A DNA stretch of 64,000 nt from Archangium sp. (GTDB lineage: Bacteria > Myxococcota > Myxococcia > Myxococcales > Myxococcaceae): assembly GCA_031367385.1 (NCBI GenBank), contig JANLPS010000117.1, forward strand, positions 1-64,000, given 5' to 3'. This document shows, piece after piece, positions 29,039 through 39,127 of the stretch. Positions within the stretch are counted from its first letter, which is position 1; each line of letters begins with the position of its first letter. Position numbers and translations under genes: made by a program. A model generated the notes under the pieces. That model was not told the DNA's origin, searched no databases, and saw nothing but the letters and a program-made list of their open reading frames with translations.

Positions 29039-30862
29039 CTACCGGCTGGCGACTCGGGGCGCCAACGACTTGGCGCGCTCGAGCAGCGACAAGAACTCGG
29101 TGCGCTCGGCGTTGCCAGCGGGCGTCGAGGCCGCGGCGATCTGGCGCACCACCTCGTAGCTCCACTCAGCGGCCTCGGGCGAGCGGCGAAAGATCTCGGC
29201 CGCGCCCATCACCGACGTTGCGAAGCGAAAGTCAGCCGGTGCCTCGGCGAACGACTTGGCGAGGTGCGAGGCCGAGAATGCGAAGGCCTTCTCATTGGCG
29301 ACGGTACCACGGGGTTCTTTCGCGCGAAGGCGCACGGTCGCCAGGCCCTGACCCGCGCCGTCTTTGACTTCGAGCTCGTACATCGCGGTGACCCGATGGC
29401 CCGAGCCGATTTCACCCGCGTCGACCTTGTCGTTTCGAAAGTCTTGATCGGCGATGTCGCGATTCTCGTAGCCAATGAGCCGGTACGCAGCGACCTGTGC
29501 AGGGTCGAAGTCGACTTGAAACTTCACGTCTTGCGCGATCGTCTCGAGGGTCGAGCCCAGCTGCTCGACGAAGACGCGCTTCGCGGCCATCAGCGAGTCG
29601 ACGTAGAAGTGGTTGCCATTGCCCTTGTCGGCGAACTGCTCCATCAGCTGAGACTTGTAGTTGCCCATGCCGAAGCCGACAGTGGTGCAGGTCACGCCTT
29701 CTTTCACGTGGCCTTGAATCGAGCTCAGAATGGCTTCGTGCGAGGTAGCGCCGACGTTGGCGTCTCCGTCTGAGAGAATCAGCACCCGGGAGGTCGACTT
29801 CGAGTCGAGCACCTTGACCGCTTGCGCGTAGGCCAGCTCGATGCCCGAGCTCATCGAGGTGCTGCCGCCCGCCGAGAGGTCTTCAATCGCCTGGTGAATC
29901 TGGGCCTTGTGCTCCATCGACGTGTGGGGGAGCACCAGCCGCACGTTGCCTGCGTACGTGACCAGCGCCACCGTGTCTCCGTCGTGCAGTTGATCGACCA
30001 ACATGCGGAGCGCGCGTTTCGCCAACGGCAGCCGCTCCGGCGAGCTCATCGAACCGCTGACATCGACGAGAAAGGTGAGGTGCGCGGGCTTGCGCTCGGC
30101 CATGTCGACGTTGCGGCCTTGCACGCCCACGCGAAGCAACAGGCGATGCGGGTTGAACGGAGAAGGCGCCGCGTCCATCGTCACGGCGAGTGGCGCGCCG
30201 CGCTCGGGCTGTGGGTAAGTGTAGTTAAAATAATTGAGCCACTCTTCGACGCGCACCGACTCGGCGGGGGGCAGCGAGCCCGACATCAGCTTCGCTCGGG
30301 CCAGGGTGTACGACGCGGTGTCGACGTCGGCGGCGAAGGTCGAGAGGTGATCTTTCGAAGTGAGCGTCCACCCGTTGATGGTGGGGTGGCCGTAGTCTTC
30401 GGTCGAAGAGCGTGGGTCTTGGGCGATGAAGCGCTTCGTGAGCTGCGCGTTGCCGCCGCTGGTGCCGCGCAGACCCAAGCCCCCGCCTCCCTGGCCCGCG
30501 CCATTGAGCCCAAGGCCGCCCAGGGCCTGAACGCAGGGTTCGCTCGCGCCCTTTCCCGAGCCTCCGAGCGCGAGGCCGCCCAGGCCTTGTGCCTCACCGG
30601 TCGACGACCCCAACAACTGCGCCATTTCGCGGCCCGGCTTCTGGACCGACTTCGGCTTCGCAACGCCGTCAGCTTTGGCTTCGAACTTTTCAACCACGGG
30701 TGGTGGCTTGGCAGCGTCGGTGGGAATGCTTTCGACTGATGTCGGCGAGGCCGTGATGACCAACGGTTTGACCATCGGAGCGACAGTCACCGTCGGAGCT
30801 TCAGCGCTTCGGCAGGTTGAGAGCAGGCAGACGACGAGCGAGAGCAGCAGACGTTGGCGCAT
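29039..30862 (-). CDS. YfbK-like vWA domain protein (vWF_A, VWA, DUF3520)
   Basis: STFAADVDTASY, VRVEEWLNYF.Y, LVDVSGSM (MIDAS), SDGDANVG, YRLIGYENR, DAGEIGSGH. Confidence 0.9.
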   Translation of the reverse strand: MRQRLLLSLVVCLLSTCRSAEAPTVTVAPMVKPLVITASPTSVESIPTDAAKPPPVVEKFEAKADGVAKPKSVQKPGREMAQLLGSSTGEAQGLGGLALGGSGKGASEPCVQALGGLGLNGAGQGGGGLGLRGTSGGNAQLTKRFIAQDPRSSTEDYGHPTINGWTLTSKDHLSTFAADVDTASYTLARAKLMSGSLPPAESVRVEEWLNYFNYTYPQPERGAPLAVTMDAAPSPFNPHRLLLRVGVQGRNVDMAERKPAHLTFLVDVSGSMSSPERLPLAKRALRMLVDQLHDGDTVALVTYAGNVRLVLPHTSMEHKAQIHQAIEDLSAGGSTSMSSGIELAYAQAVKVLDSKSTSRVLILSDGDANVGATSHEAILSSIQGHVKEGVTCTTVGFGMGNYKSQLMEQFADKGNGNHFYVDSLMAAKRVFVEQLGSTLETIAQDVKFQVDFDPAQVAAYRLIGYENRDIADQDFRNDKVDAGEIGSGHRVTAMYELEVKDGAGQGLATVRLRAKEPRGTVANEKAFAFSASHLAKSFAEAPADFRFATSVMGAAEIFRRSPEAAEWSYEVVRQIAAASTPAGNAERTEFLSLLERAKSLAPRVASR

Positions 30863-30931
30863 GACAAAGACCTCGTGGAGGGGAAGGCAGCGAGCCGCTC
30901 CCGACACCAACGCGTCACGGCGTGTTCCGGT

Positions 30932-32962
30932 TTACGGGTCGACGTCGATGCACGAAGGCACGGGTTCACCTACACCAAGCACGAGGGCACGGGCCTGCAC
31001 CCGTTCACGCTGCCAGAAGCAGAGGGAGCTGGTCTCGAAGAGGTACCCGTAGGGGTACAGGGTGTTGTTCTCGGCTCCGAGCAGCAGGCGGCGTGACCGC
31101 GAGTCATGCAAACCGGCGCGACGACGGGTGACGACCTCCTGGGCTTGGGCGAGCACGCTGTCCATCTCGTCGAGCAGGGCTTGCGCCGATTGGTTTCGCG
31201 CCTTGGCGATGGGCACCGACCAGGCGGCGACGGCGAAGCGGGCTCGAAGAGCATCGATCTGCGCTCCATCGCGGGCTTCGGCAAAGAAGCGGTCATCACC
31301 GGGGGGAAAGGTGTCGAGCACGACGTTGAGCGCATCGGCGAAGGCGGCCATCGGTTGAACGACGGCCTTCTCGAAGGCATCGACCTCTTCTCTGCTGGCC
31401 TTGGCCAACACGCTCATCGACGCGCGCTTGGGCTGAGCCACCACGCCGATGGCATCACCGGCGTCCATCACCGCGTCGCGGCCGGCGAAGTAGGCGGCCA
31501 GGCCTTGCTCCATCAATGCGTGGTGCTGGGCTTCGGCGAGCGCCGTAATCGCGGTGGCGAGCTGTTTTCCCGCCGCTGCGTAGGGCGCGAAGAACTGCTC
31601 GAAGAGCGACCCGTACGTGTCGGGCAGGTGGTAGCCCATGCGAAGCACGGCGGCGTCGGTCTGCCAGTAGCCCCACTCCCAGCCGGAAGAGAAAACGACG
31701 TGCTCGGTCAGTGGGCTGCCACGCTGGGCGGCCGTCGCTTCACGCAATTTGCTCAATTCGAGCCAGCGCGAGCGAACATAGAGCGGCAGGTAGGTGGGCA
31801 CGCAGCTGTCCCACGCGACCCAGTAGGCCGATTCAGGAAACGAGACGACGCGCTGACCGGCCTTGAGGTGCGCGAGTAGAAATTCGCGGTGCTCGGTGAA
31901 GTCGTCGTGGCCGTAGGCTCCACCGGCGGGCTCGAAGAGGTCGTAATACATGACCGTGTGCACCAGCGGCACGATGCGCGGGTCGGCGTACTGCACCAGA
32001 AAGTAATAGAGCAGTGCCTTGCCGTCGTAGGTCGCGGTGACGCCCTTGCCGACGTGAATGGTCGCGGTGACCTCGACCTTGGGTGAGAGCTCGGTCGCCA
32101 CGGCATACACGTCGTTCAGCCGGTCGATGAAATGTTGCGCGTCACTGCCGGTGAACTCGCCGAAGGTGATGTTGAGCGCGTCGAAGCCCAGCGAGAGCGG
32201 CAGCTGCAACCGCTTGCGCATCTCGGCCTTCGGGTCAGCCACCTCGGGCGTCGTGTCGAGCAGGTCGAACGCCTTCTGCAGGTTGCTGCTCTGCCCGAAG
32301 AGCTGAATGCTCAGGCCAGTCTTGAGACCACGCAGGTGCGCCTCGTCGATGATCTGCCGGGTGTGCGCAGCCCAGGCGTCGGCCGCGGTGGTGCTGCTCT
32401 GAATGTTGTCGAGCGCAGCCCACTGCACGAAGTTGCCGCGGTTCTTGATCGCCCAGTCGAGGGTTCGCTTGGCGCTCTCGAGGTTCTCAGCCGAGGGCTC
32501 CCAGAAGTCGAAATAGGCCTCGATGGGGTGAATGGTGTGCAGATGCAGGCCGCGCAGCGTTTGCTCGGGTCGATGGTCGGTGCCGAAGGCGTCTTTCGAG
32601 ATCAGCTCGAGCTTCTCGGGCACGTGGGTCTGCCACGGGTGAAAAAATCGAAACCCGTACGCCTCGAGGAGCTCGGCGAGGCCGTACTGCAGGCCCCCGA
32701 TGTCTCCGCCGTGAATGGTGTAGCGCTCGGCGGCTGCCTCGATGCGAAAGCACCCGGCGCAGTCGGCGAGGTCTTTGATCAGCGTGATCGCGATGCCCTT
32801 CGGAGCGCCCGCCGCCGTCGTCACCGTGATTGGAAAAGGGATTGGGGCCGCGAAGGCAGAGATCGCGGCGGCGTCATCAGGGGTCGCGATGACGGTGAAG
32901 GCGCTTCGGTCTTGGCCCGGGCAGGCGGTGAGCAGGGCAACGAAGACGAGGAGCACACGCAT
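30932..32962 (-). CDS. Hypothetical lipoprotein, possibly glycoside-hydrolase-like
   Basis: LLTAC lipobox; I.GGD..GLQYG (GH20-domain-2-like) followed by a probable TIM barrel; function not established. Confidence 0.6.
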   Translation of the reverse strand: MRVLLVFVALLTACPGQDRSAFTVIATPDDAAAISAFAAPIPFPITVTTAAGAPKGIAITLIKDLADCAGCFRIEAAAERYTIHGGDIGGLQYGLAELLEAYGFRFFHPWQTHVPEKLELISKDAFGTDHRPEQTLRGLHLHTIHPIEAYFDFWEPSAENLESAKRTLDWAIKNRGNFVQWAALDNIQSSTTAADAWAAHTRQIIDEAHLRGLKTGLSIQLFGQSSNLQKAFDLLDTTPEVADPKAEMRKRLQLPLSLGFDALNITFGEFTGSDAQHFIDRLNDVYAVATELSPKVEVTATIHVGKGVTATYDGKALLYYFLVQYADPRIVPLVHTVMYYDLFEPAGGAYGHDDFTEHREFLLAHLKAGQRVVSFPESAYWVAWDSCVPTYLPLYVRSRWLELSKLREATAAQRGSPLTEHVVFSSGWEWGYWQTDAAVLRMGYHLPDTYGSLFEQFFAPYAAAGKQLATAITALAEAQHHALMEQGLAAYFAGRDAVMDAGDAIGVVAQPKRASMSVLAKASREEVDAFEKAVVQPMAAFADALNVVLDTFPPGDDRFFAEARDGAQIDALRARFAVAAWSVPIAKARNQSAQALLDEMDSVLAQAQEVVTRRRAGLHDSRSRRLLLGAENNTLYPYGYLFETSSLCFWQRERVQARALVLGVGEPVPSCIDVDP

Positions 32963-33010
32963 GAGGCGGCTGCGTAGCACGGGGCAGCCGGTTCATGCTG
33001 TGGTGGGCCG

Positions 33011-33610
33011 ATGCGACGGCTCGCGACCCTGGTTCTCTTTCTTTCGGCGCTGTCGGTGCCCGCAATGCACGTTCGGCACACGGTTCGACTCTTCGCGTGG
33101 TCGACTGATGGCACCAGCGGGCTGATCGAAGACCAAGCGTGGGGCCCAGAGGGCGGCAGCAGCACCGCGTTTGCCCTGCTCTGCCATGGCAGCCAGGTGA
33201 CCGCGGTGCTCAGCTCGAATTTCTCGGCCGGCGGCGGCCAGAAACCCGAGCGGGTCTCACGCGCCGACTGCAAAGAGCGCGCGATGGCGCTGAAGACCGC
33301 TGTCGAATCAGCCGGGTTTGATTCGGTTTCGGTCGACCCAACGAAGTGCAATGCCCGCGACCAGGTGATCAGTCACATGGGCAAGACCGCTGTCACCGAC
33401 CGCCTCAAAGACGGGTGGCAGCGCGTCACGAAGGGCAACGTGTTGGTGCTGACCGCCCCTGACGAGACCCGGCTCGAGGTCTCAGGCGGCGGAGTGGCCA
33501 GTGTGAGCCCGAGCGAGCGGGCGGTCATCGTACTGTCAGGCGGTGACGAGCCTGAGCTGGTCGGCGCGTTTCGCCGCGACGAAGGGGGCCCGTTCGTGCG
33601 GTGTCAATGA
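33011..33610 (+). CDS. Secreted hypothetical protein
   Basis: Signal peptide MRRLATLVLFLSALSVPA; good coding composition. Confidence 0.55.
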   Translation: MRRLATLVLFLSALSVPAMHVRHTVRLFAWSTDGTSGLIEDQAWGPEGGSSTAFALLCHGSQVTAVLSSNFSAGGGQKPERVSRADCKERAMALKTAVESAGFDSVSVDPTKCNARDQVISHMGKTAVTDRLKDGWQRVTKGNVLVLTAPDETRLEVSGGGVASVSPSERAVIVLSGGDEPELVGAFRRDEGGPFVRCQ

Positions 33611-33689
33611 CCGGCACTGCGGCTCCGCGGCGCTCGAACAAGGAGAGCGCCCGCGCCCTGTTCATCTCGGTGAAAACGGTGTGGAAACG

Positions 33690-35198
33690 ATGACTCTGCC
33701 GACCCCTTCTACAGCCACCAGCGACCCCACCCAGCTTGGCGCGAGCGAGCTTGCCAGTGCGATTGCCACCAGGCGGCTGAGCGCGATCGAGGTGGTCAAC
33801 GCGCACATTCGCCGCATCGAACAGGTGAACCCGGCGCTGAACGCCGTGGTCTTCGAGCGCTTCGAGCTCGCCCGCCGTGAAGCCGCCGAGGCCGATGAAC
33901 GGGTGCGAGAAGGTGGCGCGTTGCCTCCGTTGTTGGGGGTGCCCATCACGTTGAAAGAGTGTCTCGATCTCGAGGGCGCTCCTTCGACCTACGGCGTCGA
34001 GTCGCTCAGGCAGCCGATGCAGACCGACGCGGCCGTCGTTCGCAGGTTGCGTGAGGCAGGCGCGATCGTGCTGGCCAAGACGAACGTCGCGCAGCTGTTG
34101 CTCTATTTCGAGACCGACAACCCGGTGTTCGGCCGAACCAACCACCCGGCGTCGAACGATCGCAGCCCTGGTGGCTCGTCTGGCGGAGAAGCCGCACTGG
34201 TCGCAAGCCACGCCTCCGCGTTGGGCATCGGCACCGATCTCGGTGGGTCGGTGCGAGTGCCCGCGGCGTTCTGTGGCCTGGTCGGCTTCAAGCCCACTGC
34301 GGGGCGGGTGCCAGATCAGGGCCGGTTCTCGATACCCCTCGGGCAGCAGGCGATCACCAGCCAGATTGGAGTGCTCGCTCGGAGCGTCGATGATGCCGTG
34401 CTGGGCGTGCGGGTGGCGATGGGTCAGGGCCACGACGGCTGGGGGCCGCTCGGCTCACTCGACGAGGTGAAGGTCGGGGCGCTGCGAGTCGTCGTGCTCG
34501 AAGACGACGGCATTCTCTCACCCTGCCCCGCTGCGAGACGCGCGGTTCGCGACGCCGCAAAGGTGCTGCAAGAACGAGGTGCGCGAGTCGTCGAGGCGAA
34601 GCTCCCTGACCGGGCCGTGCTTCGCGACTTGTTTTACCGGGTGATGTCGGCCGATGCGTTGAGGCACGCCCGCGCGGTGCTGGGCAAGACGAAGATCGAC
34701 CCGCGGGTGAAGCAGGTGATCGATTCGTCGTCTCTGCCGCTGTTCGTCATCGAGCTGATGCTCACGCTGACCAACCGCCGAAAGACCATCGACATCGTGC
34801 GGGCGTTCAGTGACGGGTCGGCGGCCCAGTACTTTGCGACCGTCGAACGGCTGACCGCCGTGCGCGAAGAGGCGCTGGCGGCGATGCAGGGTGCCGACGT
34901 GGTGCTCTCACCTGCTTCGGCATTGCCGGCGTTGCGACACGGCGCGGCGCTCGAGCTCGGCACGCTGGGCACCTACACCACCGCGTGGAACGTGTTGGGC
35001 TGGCCAGCCGGAGTCGTGCCGTTCACGACCGTGCGCCCGGGTGAAGAAAGCGACCGGCCCGCTTCGTCTGACAAGGCCGACCTGACCGCGCAAGAGACCG
35101 AACGGGGCTCTGCGGGGCTGCCGATTGGCGTGCAGTTGGCCGCTCCGCCGCACCGAGATCACGTGGTGCTCGCCGCGATGAAGGCGCTTGGCCCCTGA
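33690..35198 (+). CDS. Amidase signature family protein (FAAH-like)
   Basis: GVPITLKE, KTN, PGGSSGGEAA, GTDLGGSVRVPAAFCG..GFKPT, GLPIGVQ. Confidence 0.92.
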   Translation: MTLPTPSTATSDPTQLGASELASAIATRRLSAIEVVNAHIRRIEQVNPALNAVVFERFELARREAAEADERVREGGALPPLLGVPITLKECLDLEGAPSTYGVESLRQPMQTDAAVVRRLREAGAIVLAKTNVAQLLLYFETDNPVFGRTNHPASNDRSPGGSSGGEAALVASHASALGIGTDLGGSVRVPAAFCGLVGFKPTAGRVPDQGRFSIPLGQQAITSQIGVLARSVDDAVLGVRVAMGQGHDGWGPLGSLDEVKVGALRVVVLEDDGILSPCPAARRAVRDAAKVLQERGARVVEAKLPDRAVLRDLFYRVMSADALRHARAVLGKTKIDPRVKQVIDSSSLPLFVIELMLTLTNRRKTIDIVRAFSDGSAAQYFATVERLTAVREEALAAMQGADVVLSPASALPALRHGAALELGTLGTYTTAWNVLGWPAGVVPFTTVRPGEESDRPASSDKADLTAQETERGSAGLPIGVQLAAPPHRDHVVLAAMKALGP

Positions 35199-35214
35199 GC
35201 GCCCGTTTCCCGCT

Positions 35215-36090
35215 TCACGCCTCTTCGAGAAAGAACGAGCGCGCCACGCTCAGCTGCGCGGGCACCAAGAACGCCGGCGCATGCCCCGTGTCGGGGAACT
35301 CGACGGCCCTCACCCGCTGGCCTCGCTTGAGCATCTCTGCCATCACTTCTCGCTGCAGCACGTCTGAGCTGACGCCGCGGGTAATCAGCATCTTCGCGCT
35401 GACCTGCTCCCAGCTGTGCCACATCGACTTCTCTGCCGCGGCCATCATCTCGGGAGTCACCGCTTTGAACGGTGCCGCCAGCGCGGGGTCATAGTGCAGG
35501 CCCCACCCATCGGCGTAATGGGTCACCAGCGGTCGGTTGAGCGCGTCGAAATGCTCAGCGCTGTTGGGGCCGAAGTTCTTGGTCAACGCATTGAGGTACG
35601 TCACGCCTTCGTCGGCGGTCGCCCACCGCGGGTCTTTGCCGACGTACTCGGCGATGCGTGAGACGCCCAACGGGTCGGTCACAGGCCCAATGTCGTTGAC
35701 CAACAGTTTCTCGATCGGGCTCCCGGGCAGGCCGGCGAGCACGATGCCGATGAGACCTCCCATCGAGGTGCCCAAGACGTTCAAGTGCTTCGCGTCGAGC
35801 GCGGCAATCAAGGTCGCGACGTCGTTCGCGTAGTAGGGGATGCCGTAGAACATCGGCTGGCGCAGCCGATCAGACGCTCCGCGGCCAACGATGTCTGGGC
35901 AGATCACCCGAAACTGGTCGCGCATCGCCCGTGCGACCACGTCGAAGTCGGAGCCAGCGCGGGTCAGGCCGTGCAGACACAGCAACACGCGCGGGTTGGT
36001 GGGGTCGCCCCACTCCCGGTAGGCCATGCGGTGAAAGCCGGCAGCGGTGATGCACTGAACGAATCGGAGACGAAAGTCGGTCACACGCAC
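35215..36090 (-). CDS. Alpha/beta hydrolase, 3-hydroxybutyrate-oligomer hydrolase (PhaZc/PhaY)-like
   Basis: CLHGLTR, PDIVGRG.SD, GTSMGG nucleophile elbow, NDIGP, GHAP; divergent from a BDH gene. Confidence 0.75.
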   Translation of the reverse strand: MRVTDFRLRFVQCITAAGFHRMAYREWGDPTNPRVLLCLHGLTRAGSDFDVVARAMRDQFRVICPDIVGRGASDRLRQPMFYGIPYYANDVATLIAALDAKHLNVLGTSMGGLIGIVLAGLPGSPIEKLLVNDIGPVTDPLGVSRIAEYVGKDPRWATADEGVTYLNALTKNFGPNSAEHFDALNRPLVTHYADGWGLHYDPALAAPFKAVTPEMMAAAEKSMWHSWEQVSAKMLITRGVSSDVLQREVMAEMLKRGQRVRAVEFPDTGHAPAFLVPAQLSVARSFFLEEA

Positions 36091-36140
36091 CGATTTTCAC
36101 GAACTGATGACACTGTCTACCCAGTGAGTAAGGAAGCGAC

Positions 36141-36935
36141 ATGAACACACCAGCTTTGAAGGGCAAAACCGCGTTGGTCACCGGCTCGACCAGCGGCATC
36201 GGGCTCAGCCTGGCCAAGGCGCTCGCCGCCGAGGGCGCCCACATCGTGATGAACGGCTTTGGCGCGGTCGACGGGCCCAAGGCCGAAATCGCGGCCTCCG
36301 GAAAGGCTCACGGGGTGCGCGTCGCCTACCACGACGCTGATTTGAGCAAGGCCGATCAGATCGCCGCGATGATGCAGTTCGTCGACACAGAATTCGGTGG
36401 CGCCGATGTGCTGGTCAACAACGCCGGCATTCAGCACGTCGCAACGGTCGACGACTTCCCTCCCGAGAAGTGGGACGCGATCATCGCGATCAACCTCACC
36501 TCCGCCTTTCACACCACCCGCCTCGCGCTCAAGGGCATGCGCACCAAGAACTGGGGCCGCATCGTCAACGTCGCTTCAGTGCACGGCCTGGTCGCCTCGA
36601 CCGGCAAAGCCGCCTACGTGGCTGCCAAGCATGGGCTCATCGGCCTCACCAAGGTCACCGCGCTCGAAAATGCCCAGAGCGGCATCACCTGCAACGCCAT
36701 CTGCCCCGGCTGGGTGCTCACGCCGCTGGTTCAAAAGCAGGTCGATGACCGCGCCGCCAAGGCCGGCGTCTCGCAAGAGGTCGCCAAACAGCAGCTGCTG
36801 AGCGAGAAGCAGCCGTCGGGCACGTTCGTCACCACCGAGCAGCTCGGGGCGCTCACCGTTTTCTTGTGCAGCCCCGCCGCCAGCGAAGTGCGCGGAGTCG
36901 CCTGGCAGATGGACGGCGGGTGGACGGCGCAGTGA
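36141..36935 (+). CDS. bdhA: 3-hydroxybutyrate dehydrogenase (SDR)
   Basis: TGSTSGIG, NNAGIQHV, FP.EKWDAIIAINL, ASVHGLVAS, YVAAKHG, CPGWVLTPLVQKQ, DGGWTAQ. Confidence 0.9.
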   Translation: MNTPALKGKTALVTGSTSGIGLSLAKALAAEGAHIVMNGFGAVDGPKAEIAASGKAHGVRVAYHDADLSKADQIAAMMQFVDTEFGGADVLVNNAGIQHVATVDDFPPEKWDAIIAINLTSAFHTTRLALKGMRTKNWGRIVNVASVHGLVASTGKAAYVAAKHGLIGLTKVTALENAQSGITCNAICPGWVLTPLVQKQVDDRAAKAGVSQEVAKQQLLSEKQPSGTFVTTEQLGALTVFLCSPAASEVRGVAWQMDGGWTAQ

Positions 36936-36992
36936 ACACTTCTTCACGCGAGCCATACGGCTGGCGCTGGGTGGCTCCGGTATGAACGGGGC

Positions 36993-37700
36993 ATGGCTTC
37001 ACTGAAGGCCCTCCTGGGCGACACCTTTGGGCGGTTGATCTTTCGCGACCTCGAGATCACCAAGACGCATGATCTCTCGGCACATTTTCGCCGCGTCGAG
37101 CTGCAGAGCCCCTCGCTGCGCGGCGTACCGGTGCGCGCAGGTGACAAAGTGCAGCTGCTGATGCCGGGAGAAGGCATGCGCACCTACACGCCGTACGCCT
37201 GCGATGAGCGCGAGGGCACGATGCAGTTTCTCGTCTACGTGCACGGCGAGGGGCCAGCGGCGATGTGGGCCCGGCAGGTGAAGCCGGGCGATCATGTGCG
37301 CGCGTTTGGGCCCCGCACTTCAGTGCCGTTCGATCAGCTCCAAGGCCCGATCGTGCTCTTCGGAGACGAGACCTCCTTCGCGGTGGCCACGGCGCTGACC
37401 GGGCTTCGACGCCCTGCCTCATTCGTCTTCGAGGTGACCCACGCGAGCGAGTCGAACGGCGTCGTGCAGGGGTTGGGGCTGACCGATGCCACGGTGATCG
37501 AGCGAACTCGTGACGAGGCCCACCTGCAGCACGTCGAAGCCGCGGTGCGCGCCCAGCTGGGTGCAGACTCGGTGTTGGTGATGACCGGCAAAGCGCAGTC
37601 GATTCAGCGGCTGCGGGCCGCCCTCAAGTCGCGGTGGCCTTCGCATGCCGGGCAGAAGGTGAAGGCGTACTGGTCGGTCGGGAAGAAGGGTCTCGACTAG
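36993..37700 (+). CDS. Siderophore-interacting protein / FAD-binding oxidoreductase
   Basis: RTYT, HG.GPA..WA, GPR, GDETS, KAYW..G. Confidence 0.8.
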   Translation: MASLKALLGDTFGRLIFRDLEITKTHDLSAHFRRVELQSPSLRGVPVRAGDKVQLLMPGEGMRTYTPYACDEREGTMQFLVYVHGEGPAAMWARQVKPGDHVRAFGPRTSVPFDQLQGPIVLFGDETSFAVATALTGLRRPASFVFEVTHASESNGVVQGLGLTDATVIERTRDEAHLQHVEAAVRAQLGADSVLVMTGKAQSIQRLRAALKSRWPSHAGQKVKAYWSVGKKGLD

Positions 37701-37751
37701 GCCCAGTGGCGGGGTTACGACGCGCGCATCTTCTGAAAGAAGGAGCTTCAC

Positions 37752-39116
37752 ATGCGCTCGACCCTGCTTTTCACTCTGGCCGCGCTGGCCCTGGCCCGCC
37801 CCGCTCTCGCCGCCGACCCTGAGATCAAGTTCGAGAAGTACAAGCTGCCCAACGGGCTGACGGTGATCTTGTCTGAAGACCACCGCTTGCCGCAGGTGGC
37901 GGTGAACATCTGGTACCACGTGGGTGCTGCTAACCAGAGCAAGGGCCGCTCGGGCTTCGCGCACCTCTTCGAGCACATGATGTTCTCTGGCAGCAAGCAC
38001 GTGCAGCCCTCGCCCTTCAAAGTGCTCGAGGCGATCGGCACCTCGGCGGGCCCGATGGCCAACGGCACGACCAGCTTCGACCGCACCAATTACTTCGAAG
38101 TGGTGCCGGCGACCGAAATGTTGACCGCGTTGTGGGTCGAGAGCGATCGCATGGCATTTCTGCTCGACACCCTCGATTCGAAAAAGCTCGAGGTGCAGCG
38201 CAACGTGGTCTCGAACGAGCGCCGCCAGAGCTACGAGAACCGGCCGTATGGCCTCGCGGGGCTGAAGACCTGCGACGTGCTCTTTCCTTCTCCGCACCCG
38301 TACTACCAGTGCGTGATTGGCAGCATCCCCGAGATTCAGGCGGCGTCGGTCGATGACCTCAAGTTCTTCTTCAAGCAGTACTACGGGCCCAACAACGCGT
38401 CGCTGGCGCTGGTCGGCGACTTCGACACCGCCACCGCGAAGGCGGCGATCGAGAAGTACTTCGGCCCGATACCGGCTGGCCCGCCGGTGTCACGCCCCGA
38501 GGTCGCACAGACGATGCTGAGCTCGGTGGTCAAAGAGACCATCGACGACAAGATCGCCGAGGTGCCGCGCCTCGACCTCATCTGGTCGACCGGCGTGAAG
38601 CAATTCTCGGCTGATCAGGCCGCCGGAGACGTGCTTGGCGAGATTCTAGGCACCGGGCACGCGTCGAGGCTCTACAAGAAGCTGGTGTTCGAGTCGCAGG
38701 TCGCGAGCAACGTCGCGGCGGGGCAAGCAGCGTTGGGCCTCGGCGGCTACTTTCAGATCAGCGCGACCGCCAAAGACGGCAAGACCGCGGCTGAGCAGCT
38801 GGCCGGCGTACAGGCGGTCATCGATGAGATGAAGAAGAACGGCCCGACCGCAGCTGAGGTCGAGCGCATCAAGCGCAACATCGTGGCCGACCAGCTGCGC
38901 GCGATCGAGCGTCTGGGTGGGTTCGGCGGTAAGGCCGACATTCTCAACAGCTACGAGACCTACGTCGGAGACCCCGGCTACCTGGCCAAAGACCTCGCCC
39001 GCTACCGCGCGGTCACCGCCGATGACGTGAAGGCCTTCGCCAACAAATATCTGCGAGACGATCGTCGGCTCGAGCTGACCTCGAATCCTGCTCCCAAAAC
39101 CGCTTCAGCGAAGTGA
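37752..39116 (+). CDS. M16 (pitrilysin-family) zinc peptidase, catalytic subunit
   Basis: Signal peptide; YKLPNGL, GFAHLFEHMMF (HxxEH), NGTT.FDRTNY, VV.NERR. Confidence 0.92.
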   Translation: MRSTLLFTLAALALARPALAADPEIKFEKYKLPNGLTVILSEDHRLPQVAVNIWYHVGAANQSKGRSGFAHLFEHMMFSGSKHVQPSPFKVLEAIGTSAGPMANGTTSFDRTNYFEVVPATEMLTALWVESDRMAFLLDTLDSKKLEVQRNVVSNERRQSYENRPYGLAGLKTCDVLFPSPHPYYQCVIGSIPEIQAASVDDLKFFFKQYYGPNNASLALVGDFDTATAKAAIEKYFGPIPAGPPVSRPEVAQTMLSSVVKETIDDKIAEVPRLDLIWSTGVKQFSADQAAGDVLGEILGTGHASRLYKKLVFESQVASNVAAGQAALGLGGYFQISATAKDGKTAAEQLAGVQAVIDEMKKNGPTAAEVERIKRNIVADQLRAIERLGGFGGKADILNSYETYVGDPGYLAKDLARYRAVTADDVKAFANKYLRDDRRLELTSNPAPKTASAK

Positions 39117-39127
39117 AAGCCACGCAC

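Noticed and set aside
33690..35198. Functional link between the amidase and the FeeM-like synthase
   Set aside because: 20 kb apart with unrelated genes between; no supporting evidence
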